Shown here: positions 49,223-60,658 of the stretch, in pieces
Position numbering within the stretch: the stretch's first letter is position 1
How the letters are laid out: every line of letters begins with the position of its first letter
Assembly (NCBI GenBank): GCA_050273025.1
Contig: CP158635.1
Location: 18,104,001 to 18,168,000, forward strand
Reading direction: 5' to 3'
Source: Cenococcum geophilum
Taxonomy: Eukaryota
DNA length: 64,000 nt
Translations under genes and position numbers: made by a program
The notes under the pieces: model-generated
Told to the model about the DNA's origin: nothing
Seen by the model: only the letters and a program-made list of their open reading frames with translations
Databases searched by the model: none

Positions 49223-50221
49223 TCAGAGAGTTGGGAATCCCAACTTTCGATGTAGTCTCGAAGTGATCTCGATATAGTCCTTCTCGTTTTCGCTTGTCAG
49301 GATACCGTGTCTGATAAAGAAATCAAGTATTACAAGCGCACAGTTCGGCTTGAATTCCGCTTTACCCATCGCTTCTTGAACTTCCTTGATACTCCAAAGG
49401 TAGAATTCTTCCACTTCGTCATCGCAGGGTTTGGGAACGACGTCTTCGGGAAGTTCGAGGTCGTAGACATACTGACACTCGGGCTGCAGCAATCTTGTCT
49501 CTCCTCCAGCCCTCTCATCGCGGATGTAGCAAAAGGTGACTGTGCCACATGCCCTTGCTCTCTCACGAACCAGTGCTTCTGGTAACGAAGCTTCCTCTTC
49601 ACATTCTCTGACTAAACCCTCGAATGGAACTTCTCCGGAAGCAATCCCCCCAGCAACAGCGTTATCAAGCATTCCACCATATGTCTGTTTGTTCCTTGCT
49701 CGCCTGGGAATCCATATCTTCATTGAGCCATCTTTCAACCGCACGAAAGCCGTCATGTGGACTCCGTAAGTGACCACTCCCAACAACGGACTGGCACAAC
49801 GCTCCACGTTGAATAACAGCTCGCGGTTGCGGCCATATACAGGGTAGAGTTCGTTCCTCCACTTTTGCAGCACTTGGAAGTGTTTTGTCTCGCGCATAGC
49901 TGCCACTGTTCGCATGACCACATGGCTGCGCTCCGCTTCAGTGGCACCGGTGGTGAGTGTCAGAGTGCGCTCGTCATCATCGATGGCCCAATCAGTGAGG
50001 TCTCGGAAAATTTCAGCGACAGATGACAGGATATATCCAACTGCATAATCATGGTTGGCGACCCGGAGCTGGTAATACGCTGAAATGCTCGCGACGTAGG
50101 CTGCGGAGTCACTCTGATAATACGGGAAGCTACTGAGTTTAGACAAGATCTGGATGCGTAGTTCTGAAGGTAGAATTCACCTGTCGCAGTCATCCACGAG
50201 ATCAAGGTTTGACTTCGCCAT
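49223..50221 (-). CDS. Nudix hydrolase, YJR142W / thiamine-pyrophosphokinase-related type (2 exons)
   Basis: WRNELYPVYG, GVVTYGVH, LDNAVAGG...RECEEEASL Nudix box, FKPNCALV. Confidence 0.9.
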
Positions 50222-50324
50222 TGTGGATGAAGTGAACTGAGTTGAAGTGCCGTCCTGCCTGAGTGCCAATTCCGCCTTATCGATAGCATAAGGCTAACAA
50301 GTTAGGAAAAGCGCGGCACCTGCC

Positions 50325-50570
50325 TTAACAAGACTCCAAAGAGACATATCGCCATGATTTGCCGGCCCAGAAATCAATAAACCGTCCAATTGCACTCTCA
50401 AGGCCTACAGTTGGACAGCATCCTTTGGTGATTACCCATGCAATAGCGATAGCAGTCATACTGACACCCCTTTCTTTCGCAATGGCCTCGACACGGTTGA
50501 TGATTTCCGAATTTGTCTCATTGAACCACCATTTTGACCTCAAGTCTGCTACAGATCCGAAGCGCCAACT
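50325..50570 (-). pseudogene. Isolated C-terminal fragment of an aldo-keto reductase (aryl-alcohol dehydrogenase type)
   Basis: IINRVEAIAKERGVSMTAIAIAWVITKGCCPTVG; no N-terminal catalytic part; abuts the transposon cluster. Confidence 0.75.
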
Positions 50571-50610
50571 GGCCTACCCTTCTTTACTTTACTACCTATG
50601 ATAAGCGGAA

Positions 50611-50830
50611 TATCCCTTGACCCGTTAATTCGCGTCTAACGGTTATCGATAAGAACTAACCAATCAATCGAGGTGAATTTAACGCCGTACGGAGGAATAT
50701 AAAGCTTTTAATTGTATTGTAATTAAATATACACGCCTAATTTTAGGAGTTAAGTCGCTCGATATGAGTGCCCAATACTAAGTATGCTGAACAAAATCTA
50801 TATCAATTCTAGCACGATTAGAAGGCATTA
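50611..50830 (-). mobile_element. CCC...GGG family element end with remnant ORF start (other end not found)
   Basis: TATCCCTTGACCCGTT, GTTATCGATAAGAACTAACCAAT at 50642; minus-strand ATG at 50828 reads MPSNRARIDIDFVQHT*. Confidence 0.75.
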
Positions 50831-50935
50831 TAGTAGGTAATTATTTAATGGAATCTATATAGGTGCAAGCATGATATTCGCGCACGGACCACTTGGTGAG
50901 GCGCAACGCCAAGCTGGCTCGTGCATGAACACCGG

Positions 50936-52501
50936 TACGAAGGCGCGCGGCATTGAAATCCGTCCATTTTTATTGGTTACATTGGCGAGGATTTTTGTTA
51001 GCGAGCTCCACCAAAAGCTCCTCGTCCCACCAACACTAATCTAAATTTATTACTTTTTGATTATAGGGAAGCACGCTACTGACGTCGATAAAGCTGTCTT
51101 CTTAACCCACTTACTTTATATCCATCAAGCTAAAGCTGCGCGTAGAGCAGGGCTTACCAAATCAACTGCTACAGATATTAAAAATGCCTCCGCAGAGGTC
51201 CAAATCCAGTACAACAAAAAGGGCCTCCCTCCCCCCACAATTTAAGAGCAAGTGGAGTAAATTAAGTGTAAAAAAGGCAGTAGGGCCTCTAAGAAGATTA
51301 TAGATAAAGAGGTTATTAAGTTAATGGAAGCTTATACGTTGAACAAAACACAAAGAAAGAAGCTATAGCATATTGTTGCCAAAGAAGAGGGCTTTTTTAA
51401 TATCCACCGTAGAATAATTAAGAAGAAGTTACGGGCCTGTGGCCTCCGCCAAGCAAAGTCTATAAAGAAGCTAAGTCTTACGGATATCTAAAGAGCTTAA
51501 TGGTATAGGGTGGCGTTGTTACAGAAGAACTAGGGGATAGAAGAGTGGTGGAAGGTTATTTTCTCTAACGAAGCCTCTATTATTGTCTCCGTAAAACGTG
51601 GTATATAAAATATCTTACGGTTAATAGGAGATGAGGAGAGATATTACCCGGATTGTATTGAACGGCGGTATAATAACTACTTAGAGGCTATGTTTTGGGG
51701 GTGCTTTACGTACGATTGTAAAGGGCCTTACTATATCTACTATAAAGAAACGGAGGAATAAAAGGAGGTAAATAAGGCAGAGATGGAACGGATAAATAAG
51801 GAAGAGATGGAAGCTGAGTGCCGTGCAGCTTTTAATACTTAAGAAAAAGAGAAAGAAAAGAAATGGGATAAGAAGGGGCAAAAGTGGCCTACACAACGTG
51901 CTTCTTAGGAGGTCTTTTAGAAGAAGAATATATTTAAAAAGGGGGCATTATAAGGTGGAGTTAACAATCTACGTTATACATACGAAGTCCTTAAGCTAAA
52001 GCTAATTCCTTATTAGAAGGAACTTATACTCTAACGCTATGATCCAGACACTTTTAAATATGATTAACTTCCTTATGTTTTTTAATAGGATAACGCTCCT
52101 TCGCATGTAAGCAAATAGACCTAGCGGAGACTTTAAAAAGAGGGCATTCCCCTACTAGAATATATTGGTAACTCTCCAGAAATGAACGCAATTAAGGGGG
52201 TTTGGATGCTATTAAGAATAGAGATTATAAAGCAGTGGAATGCCCTACATATAATAGAATGGACTGATTGCGCGTGGAGAGTGGAGTGGGACAAGTTTCC
52301 ACAGGATAGGATACGTACTTTAGTGACGAGAATGGCTGCTATTAATACTCTTATTATAGAATTTGAAGGCGGGAATAAATTCCATGGTTAATACTTTAAT
52401 TTGTATACAATTTACTATGGTGGGGTAAGTCTTTTTGGTGTTCCTGATTCGCGTACGCGACTAATAAAAATGGACGGATTTTAATGCCGCGCGCCTTCGT
52501 A
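50936..52501 (+). mobile_element. Full-length Tc1/mariner (DD34E) DNA transposon inactivated by RIP
   Basis: 41-nt inverted ends incl. TA (TACGAAGGCGCGCGGCATTGAAATCCGTCCATTTTTATTGG, 2 mismatches); relic motifs VIFSNEA, MFWGCF, F**DNAPSH, NSPEMNAIKGVW. Confidence 0.95.
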
Positions 52502-52578
52502 TATTGGATCATCGATCGTATTGAGATAAGATTAGATTTTTTCCTAATGTCAACGTACGGTTGTCTGGCTAGTGCTTT

Positions 52579-52752
52579 TATCAATATTCAATACTTATCG
52601 ATAAGGATTTAGTATTTCTCAACAGCATCATAATAACATATTATTGAATTAAATATAGATTAAAAAGCGTTTAAATATCTATATTATTATTCAACAATAT
52701 GTCACGATGGTGTTAATACTGAATCCTTATAGATAAGTATTGAATATTGATA
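52579..52752. mobile_element. 174-bp almost fully palindromic fold-back MITE, TA-flanked
   Basis: TATCAATATTCAATACTTATCGATAAGGATTTAGTATT inverted as AATACTGAATCCTTATAGATAAGTATTGAATATTGATA. Confidence 0.85.
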
Positions 52753-52936
52753 TGCACTGGACATGGCTCAGAGGCACTAAATTACTAGTCGAAATTGGAT
52801 AGCGGGATATGCCTCCTCTAGGACTTCAAGCTGAGAATTCATGGGATGCAATTGCTCTACGTTTTACAGCAAGTGACAAGTGTTAAAAGTAATGCAATAT
52901 AAGTTTGCCAGGCTCTAAAAGTAACTCATGTTTCGA

Positions 52937-54541
52937 TCAGCCAGGAAGTTCTGCAAGAGGAATCTCACCGGTTTCCCCTGTATCGCTGCTTCGCAGCTCT
53001 TCAGAAATAAGTACATGCCCAGCGCTCACCACCTCCTCAACGATCTGCTTAAGCTTTGTAGGTGAGAAAGATGTCACCAGATCCGTAATACCAACCGAGC
53101 CATCGACGAGCTTGTGGATGCTTTGCCGCACGGAAGAGTTCCTATAGATTACTAGCTGATCCTCTAAATCATTCCTTGTCAAAAGTTGTCTCCGTGGCGT
53201 TGCCCAGAATAATTGCTGGAATATTATGATCAAGTCGCAGATTAACTTGATGGTTAACCTGACATAAAGTGGGGCGGTCAGCGGTCCTACGAGGTCGATT
53301 ATGGATGCAGCGCTGGCACGGGTGGTATAGCTTTGCGTGGCTTCGCGGAAGCTTCTAGTAATGTAATCTTTTGTAAAGAGTACGGATTGTCCTGGTAGGT
53401 TCCATATTACCATGCAGTGATGGAAGACACGCTCGAAATAACTGTCTAGGACCACCGCCTTGAAGGGATTGAATGGCAGTGCGCAGCCAATCAGGACGTT
53501 CTTAAAGTATGAGGTTGGCAGATCTTTAACGCAGGCTGGAAGTCAAATATTAGCTGCAGCCCCCATAAGCACATGCAGAAGTAATTGCCTACACTCTCGC
53601 TTTTGGGTTGCAACCACCCCTTGTGCTCGGACCCACACATCTTTGAGCGTTGGCTTGACAATAGCGGCTGTCTCGATCACTAATTTCCGGACAAGTCGGT
53701 CGTCTGTAATTACCGTTTTAGCAAACTTACAAAACTCAACCCGCTTTCTTTAATCAGTAGTGTTTTTTTGGGAGCTCACCCTTTTTAGATACTGCCTGAA
53801 CTTTAACGCCTTTCCCTGTTGCATTCTCCAAATCGGTACGAAAAACTTCAACAAAGCTGCTTGCATCCTGTTTTGCTCGTTGCCGTTCCCATTCAGTGGG
53901 GTGGTCCTCGTCACCCGCAATCTCATCAAGCTTATCTCTTACCAATTTATCAAATTTTGTCAATACAAAGACTAAAGGGATCCCCTTGTCCTGGAAGAAT
54001 TTGAAAAATGTATTCTCCGCTGTCTGGAGCGGCCTGACATCTTCTAGTGAAATGCAATACCTACATTAATGCATCGTTAGCCACCAAGACACAAATGGGA
54101 GCATATTTTATGCCGAACCATATACAGTGCAGCTGTTCTGACAGCGTGGCCTGCTTGCTCCTGTAATTTATGAAATCTGTGACTGTCTTTAAATTTTCTG
54201 TTTCTCCAGCTTCAAACCCACGTGAATCATGTATGATGAGGGCGCTGTTCCTGTTGTCGTCCGCAATGGGGTCCCAGATACTGTGTTTGCCGCTACCCTC
54301 ACCCCTGTGCTTTACCTGGGCCTTGACACCACTATTAGTAAGGTCTCGAGGTGCTTGGAGCGCAATAGGGGCTTCGACGCTTGGTGTGGATGGAGCTCAC
54401 ATCTTCATCGTTTAAGCCGAATACCTTTCCTAGCAAGGTTGATTTGCCCACGCCAGCTCGTCCGATAATGCATATCCGGAATTTTCTACATTCATGTTCG
54501 TAGTCCTCTATTTCAGTCGTATCCCTTGGAATATGAGCCAT
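52937..54541 (-). CDS. P-loop GTPase-domain protein of unknown function (multi-exon)
   Basis: ICIIGRAGVGKST (G1), IIHDSRGFEAGE (G3), LHCIW, LTKFDK (G4). Confidence 0.8.
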
Positions 54542-55252
54542 CGTACGTTTCGAGGAGTTGTTGGAAATAATTTAAGAATTGTAGCTCAAAAACTATCTGG
54601 TGGCATACCAACGCAACTATCGGATCCCGAGCACAGATCTAGAAATAAAGGTGCCTTGCCTCCAGGCATCTATAGGTTCGCAATGCTGCGGCACGCTCAT
54701 GCGCCACTGAAGGCGTATACTTCCGGTAACACGACAGAGGCCGGATATGAAAGATCACGCGAGAAATGTGACGAAGCGACATCGGAAGTTGTCAGCGAAT
54801 TATCATGAGGCTGCGGTGAAACCAAGATTTCAGCTTGGGTTAGTGTGCGGAGGCTGGGCGAAATCTCAAGCCATGCCGTTGAAGCCACTTCTCGTTTTAG
54901 TCGAATGGCTTATTGAACAAACCACTCCATTGGATAGCAGCTTCTGCATTTCAGAGTTTGTTGCCTCAACCCGGAACACAGTGGCCTAATCCTGGAAAAG
55001 GGAAGGCAGAATTAAGGCAATTCTGTTGGCTCGAGGCGGACAGAACCTTTCCAGGAAACCACCCTCATGCACCGACACCAGGCCAATAGAATGGCGTCTA
55101 GTAATCAGGTCAGACATTAGCGCATTATATTTCTCACCGATTGTGACAGGCCTACCAAAAGTCTGAGAGAAACTGCCTTGGGAAACCCCGAGGATGGTTC
55201 GAGGCAAATTTATTTCCACAATATCCCAAAAGAGACAATCTAAAGCGGGCTG

Positions 55253-57029
55253 TTATACCGTCGCTTCGTCAATGAAGTCCAGATCCGCCACAATATACTC
55301 CTGAGGATCAGTCTTGCCCCTCATCAGATGCATAGAAAATTCCATAACTAGCAATATAATGAAAGTAACGACAAATGCCCATCCTAAACCGGCTAGAGCA
55401 TCGGCTATTTCCTTTCTATCAACCAGTCAGTATAAAAAGAAGCTATGGAAGGAGTCGATGGCGCTGACCCCAATTGAACCCAGTGGCCGCTTAAACCTCC
55501 GCCAGGAATGGTGGTAAACCCATCTAACTGCGGAATATCATCTCTACTCGGATATACAAAAGTTAGCAATCAGACAATTCGGAACGGTCTGATGAGATAC
55601 TAACCTTGCAAGGAAGCCTGTTAGGATCATTCCAACCAAGCCACCAATCGCATGAACTGCGAAAATATCAAGACTATCCCAGAAATATTTGCTCAGATCG
55701 AGAGCTATATTACAGAACAACGCTCCTAGTATTCCGAATAGTGGGGAAAAGGATACGGGAACCTGGAAAGCGGAATAGTCAGTCAAGAAACTGGGTTTGC
55801 GAACTGATTGAGAACGAACATAACCTGCCGCCGGAGTAATTGCCACAAGCCCCGCAACGGCACCATTACAGAATGTGATGATTGAGTACTGCCGAGTAGA
55901 TAATCGTGCGGGCTCGCTTGTATCACGGTTGGCCTGGAACCATACCAGAGCCATTCCAAGAAGACAGGCCGTGACCCCTCCCGCGCAGGCCGCAATGTGG
56001 GTTGACATGCAAGCAGATACAGCTCTCATGTTGGATCCTAGAGCAGATCCACCGTTGAACCCGAACCATCCTATCCAGAGAAAAGCAGTACCAAGCACAA
56101 CATTTGTTACGTTGTGATGCCCAGTCCTCTGAATTTGAATTGAAGTGACCCCCTGGCGGTTACCCCCCTGGCGGTTACGTATTCTCCAAATTCGGAGTCT
56201 GTGAAAGACTGAATATGCTGCAGCACTAGCTCCCGAGCAGATGTGAACGGGTGTACCCCCAGCGAAGTCTAAGGTTCCCCAATGGTTGGACCATCCCTCG
56301 GGACTCCACGTCCATCGTGCTATTGGATCATATACGCAAGTGCTCCATATAACGATGAAAATGAGGAAAGTACCCGGTCGTGACTTTTGAACAACGGCAC
56401 CGCTTACGAGTGATGCACTGGTAATTATTAGCCTGCGTTAGCTAGATTGTGAGACTGCTACTCAAGGGTCCCTCGAAACTTACGTGAAGCAGGCAAACAT
56501 GCCTTGATACAAGGCGTAGAGCAGTTCTGGTATTTGAGGACCCGAAGGATTGCCTACTGGCTTCAGGAGGACGTTGTGAAGTGCAATGCCATCTCGACCT
56601 CCCCAGAACCGGGTGGATGATGAAGAAAATGTTGCTGAGTAGCCCCATAAATACCACTTGAAGGTGATTCTCAGCAGAATTGTCAACAATATTGTCGAGG
56701 TGTTCGAGACTTACTTGAAGTCCGATGACTGTTGTTGTCATTACTGGAAGCCAGATCATTGACAATGTTGATCGGCGTTCAGTAGTTCCCGAATAGAAAA
56801 GAGCAGCTCCTGGTACCATGAGGAGAACTAGAGCGCTGGAAATTAACATCCAAGTTATGTCGGCACCCTTATGTTTCCGATTAATAAGAATATGAATTGC
56901 TAAAAGTGAAATTCATGGGCCGGTATTCACCTGAAAATACAGAAATGGTTGATCATGAACTTGTTGAGCCGTAGCTGTGACATTATATTTCAGTGCTGGG
57001 ATGACGTCGAACTTGAAAGTATCACTCAT
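55253..57029 (-). CDS. Ammonium transporter (Amt/Mep), multi-exon; 3' end could extend to 54986
   Basis: LVLLMVPG, YQGMFACFT, DFAGGTPVH, WIGWFGFNGGS, AGLVAITPAAGY, DSLDIFAVHAIGG (both pore His present). Confidence 0.92.
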
Positions 57030-57710
57030 TGTTACTCGGGTTTAGAAGAACAAGCGTAGACTATTAGTTGAAGGACGTCTGTTTCGTGTAAGTAATATGG
57101 GGGAAGTCGGTATCCAAATCGTAGCATGTTTAGGGGAAATGAGAAGGTGCGGATCATTTGGTCACTTTGTTGGAGCCTAGGACAAGAAGCTCGTGAAAGA
57201 AACGGTTTCACGAGGTGAGGCTGACTTCGTCTTTAATTTCCGGCCCAATTCGGCGGTGGCGTGTGATGGACGCACGCCTACACATGGCTTGCAGCCCAAT
57301 ATATTGAACGCTTCCAATTGGTCCCAGCTGATGAATTCGTGGCCAGAATTCTTCTGTCTCCGCATCAGCCTCTGCCAGGCAAACAATGGCCTCTCTGGCG
57401 AATTAGGAGCGAGTGCGTTATCATGGAGCATGTGTTTGTTAGGCAGATTCACGGACTTTAGAGTGAAGGACCGAGGGTCTGCTTATCATGCGGCTCTTAA
57501 TTTTGTATCGTGGACTTCTCTTGGCTACGTTCCGCTCCCAAAAAGCTTCCAGCAACATCAACAACTCCAAAGACTCCTTTCTTACCGCTTGTCCCGTTAT
57601 CAACGGCCTCTCAGCTGGCAGTCCTGCAGGCCTGAAGTGTTCAAGCCTGGCCGGCAATTCGGGGCTGTGTCGGTGACCGATCTTTATAGCTGCATCTGCC
57701 ACAAAAACCC

Positions 57711-58868
57711 TTGAGAATGTCTGGAAACCACACGATAGTAATTGTACGGCCACTGGATCCAGATGCAGAGGTGGTAGTCCAAGCGGGGAAGATTAGAGAA
57801 TTCTCCAGACGTCTGCACGGGGCGGTTGAAGAAGACCGGAGGCACCAAAGGGAAATAACACAAATAGAGTCAACAAAGCTCATCAGTGCCCCAGCCCTGT
57901 TGGCCATAGTTAAGGTGATTAATGGTGGAACACCGAAGGCAACGACATGGCGTTTTAAAGAGCTTAAAGAGCTTCTAGAGCTGTCGCGAGCTTTATGGGA
58001 ATACGAGTGCGCAGTAAATCCATTTCGAAGCGTTGCAGAGCTCATAAGAGATCGATCATGGCCTGAAGATTGTCGTCGAGGTAATAATTGCGAAGGATGG
58101 GCATTCATTGCGCTCGTTTTCGGGTGGAGAGATGTGTTTGAGGAGGCCTCGGCAGAAATTCTCCGCGAGGGATATGCCGACCCAAATACTCTTGAAACAG
58201 GTCTTCCAGAGGGCCTAATTTGTAAGTATATTTTGTGCCGCACCTAGTTATTCTAATAAGCTAAGGATCATATAGCGACGTCAAACCGAGAAAAACAAGC
58301 TCGCAGAACCGTGACCTTTGTGCGGGACTCCTGCTTTGAACTTCTAAAAACCGATCAAGCTTCATTCAATAGAATAGCTGTCAGCTTGAATAGATCAAAA
58401 ATTGACGTATGCTCTTCTGTAGACAGCATGTCGAGAGATATCGAATCTACTCCTGGTGCATTTCTACGCAAGTTTGTCGACGTCCTCCACGAAATCCCGA
58501 GGGAGGGCCAACCGCTTGAGCTATTGAACAACTTGGGAGACTCCTCAAGTCAGACTAATTCCTCAAGCTCGGGAACTGGAGATTCCGCTATCTCTATTGG
58601 TCAAGTGGATCCTTACTTCTCTAATAGAGGGGGCGTATTTGCGGACATATCATGGAGGCAAATACTGAAACCTAAGCCAAAACAAAGTCCTGTAGAGGTC
58701 TGGAATAGCGTAGCTGTGGACTCCTGGCGGCATTCAACTGCAGATATTTTAAAGAAAGTCGACGATTTCCGTAAAACTGGATTCCGTATTATGAAAGTAA
58801 AGGATTTTGAGAGTGTGCGGGGCTCGCATCTGATTATTATCCACGAGGATATCATAGCCGCTGCATAG
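57711..58868 (+). CDS. Hypothetical protein, fungal BTB/POZ-like; start uncertain
   Basis: ALLAIVKVING...LLELSRALWEYEC...WAFIALVFGWRDVF pattern; GTAAGT intron links ORFs 57711-58247 and 58311-58868. Confidence 0.5.
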
Positions 58869-59445
58869 AATTCTTGGGAGAATACAGTGCTCTCGGGAAT
58901 AATATTCATTCTGGAGTAAGAGGTTAGGGCATTGCTGGAGGCAGTAAGAATCCCGAAGCTTTGTTTCTTACTTGTAAACCTGAATCTTTGGCGAAATTTG
59001 ACGGCCGCTAGGCTAATGCGTAGCATATCGAGAGATTTTTGCTTGTTACACATTTACAAAGTGAGTTAATGAAAAGTAATAGCATCGATGCACCTTTGGC
59101 TTGGCTTTTTTGACCGAATTTTGGGAGATTCTAGACAGTGGATAAGTTTTAGGCAGTGGACAGTATGTTGTTAGTATTTTTATCTAAAATTGGACTCGGA
59201 AGGCATATTTGAAGCTGACTGTTGTTAAAAGTGATGGCCTATCGGCCTCTGAAGTCGATTTAGTGTAAGCCCCGTGTCGCGGAGGTTCCTCCTGCGCCAC
59301 GTTTATCGATAAGCATAGGGCTGAAGACCTCCATGGACTCATTCCGAATGCTCCAGAATAACCCTCACTCTCCGCGGGCACCCACAAAACCCTCGTCTTC
59401 ACCCCTCCGCCTACTTGTCCCAATGTCCTCCCTATACGGCCCACG

Positions 59446-60099
59446 ATGTTCGGCGTTATAGTCTCCGGCCGCCCGGTGCTCACCGACGTACAAACAATCT
59501 CACAAACCCAATTCGCCTTCACACTCCCCGCCGCGCCACCCTTTAGCCACATCGTCATCTTCCTGCTCCCAGGCACCGTGCTGCCTGCTGACACGGCTGC
59601 CGCAGTATACGTGCAGCTCCCCGACTCGCCCGAGTTCAAATTGCTAGGCGGCATCGCGAACGAGAAACCCACTGCGATTTTCAAGGTCAATAACAAGGCG
59701 ATTGGGATCTATGGCGTGAATAACGATGATGATGCAATGGTCGATGAGAGCGCTGCGCCCCCGCTGAGCAATAGTGTTACCGGAAATGTCACGCTGGGCA
59801 TCTCAATCGAGCCGGCGGCGCAGGTTGCGGCGAATATCACTCAGATGAAGGCGCAGGCTGCGCAGTCGTCTTTGGGCTTAGAGCTCGTGAAATGTCCGCC
59901 TGGGAACTCGCCGGTTTCGACGAAGGCGCTGGCGCAAAAAATCATCAAGAATGCGTTCAATTTTCTCGCGAGCTTTGCGGGAAATGGCCCCGGTGGAAAT
60001 GAGGTCGTGCCGTTGAAGATCTTCCAGGATTGGTGGTCGAAGTTTGAGAAGAGAATTGAGCATGATCCGGGTTTCTTGGAAAGGGATGACGAGAGTTGA
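59446..60099 (+). CDS. OPI10: Hikeshi/Opi10 (DUF775) protein
   Basis: MFGVIVSGRP, HIVIFLLPG, LLGGIANEKPTAIFK, NAFNFLASF, FQDWWSKFEKR. Confidence 0.92.
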   Translation: MFGVIVSGRPVLTDVQTISQTQFAFTLPAAPPFSHIVIFLLPGTVLPADTAAAVYVQLPDSPEFKLLGGIANEKPTAIFKVNNKAIGIYGVNNDDDAMVDESAAPPLSNSVTGNVTLGISIEPAAQVAANITQMKAQAAQSSLGLELVKCPPGNSPVSTKALAQKIIKNAFNFLASFAGNGPGGNEVVPLKIFQDWWSKFEKRIEHDPGFLERDDES

Positions 60100-60658
60100 A
60101 AGATGGCTTGATAATCCGTCCTGTGTAATGAAGTGCTGTTGGGTGCTCCGTCGTGTTTCGCTCGGGAGCACATTATCTGGCTTGGATGTAACCAAGCTGT
60201 GTTGTGTATTACTAAACAGCTTGCACACTATTATGAGGTTTTGGTTGTTTTAAAAATTAAAGACGGTGTTCGAGGATGTCTGGCTATGGGTTGCGTTCAG
60301 CATACGGCCATTGGGAACAATAGGGTTGCTTAGAACAACACTGGGAGCTTCTGAACCTTTTTTTTGGAGCATTGGAATGGTATCAAGGGCATCAGAAAAA
60401 ATCTCTCGTAAAACACACATGATTATTCCGCTAAAGAGTTACCTATGTGCAAAACAAGACGTCAAGAAAGTGAGAATTAAGCATAAATCGGTATACTTGT
60501 CACTTGACAACCAGGCTGCACGTAATCACATCTTCACGATGCCTCTTTGTTTTCTGAAGTCTAAATGTTGCCCGACTTCTGTGACTCGGGATTTGATTCG
60601 GGCTCTTCTGAACTCTCTCTTGCTAGATGACAGCGACTCCTTCCGCTCAAACTAGTCC

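Noticed and set aside
49223..50221. TPP riboswitch in the thiamine-related Nudix gene
   Set aside because: The single intron is only ~50 nt and no aptamer motif was recognised.
56149..56177. 15-bp tandem duplication in the ammonium permease
   Set aside because: In frame (NRQG twice) in a variable loop; does not disrupt the gene.
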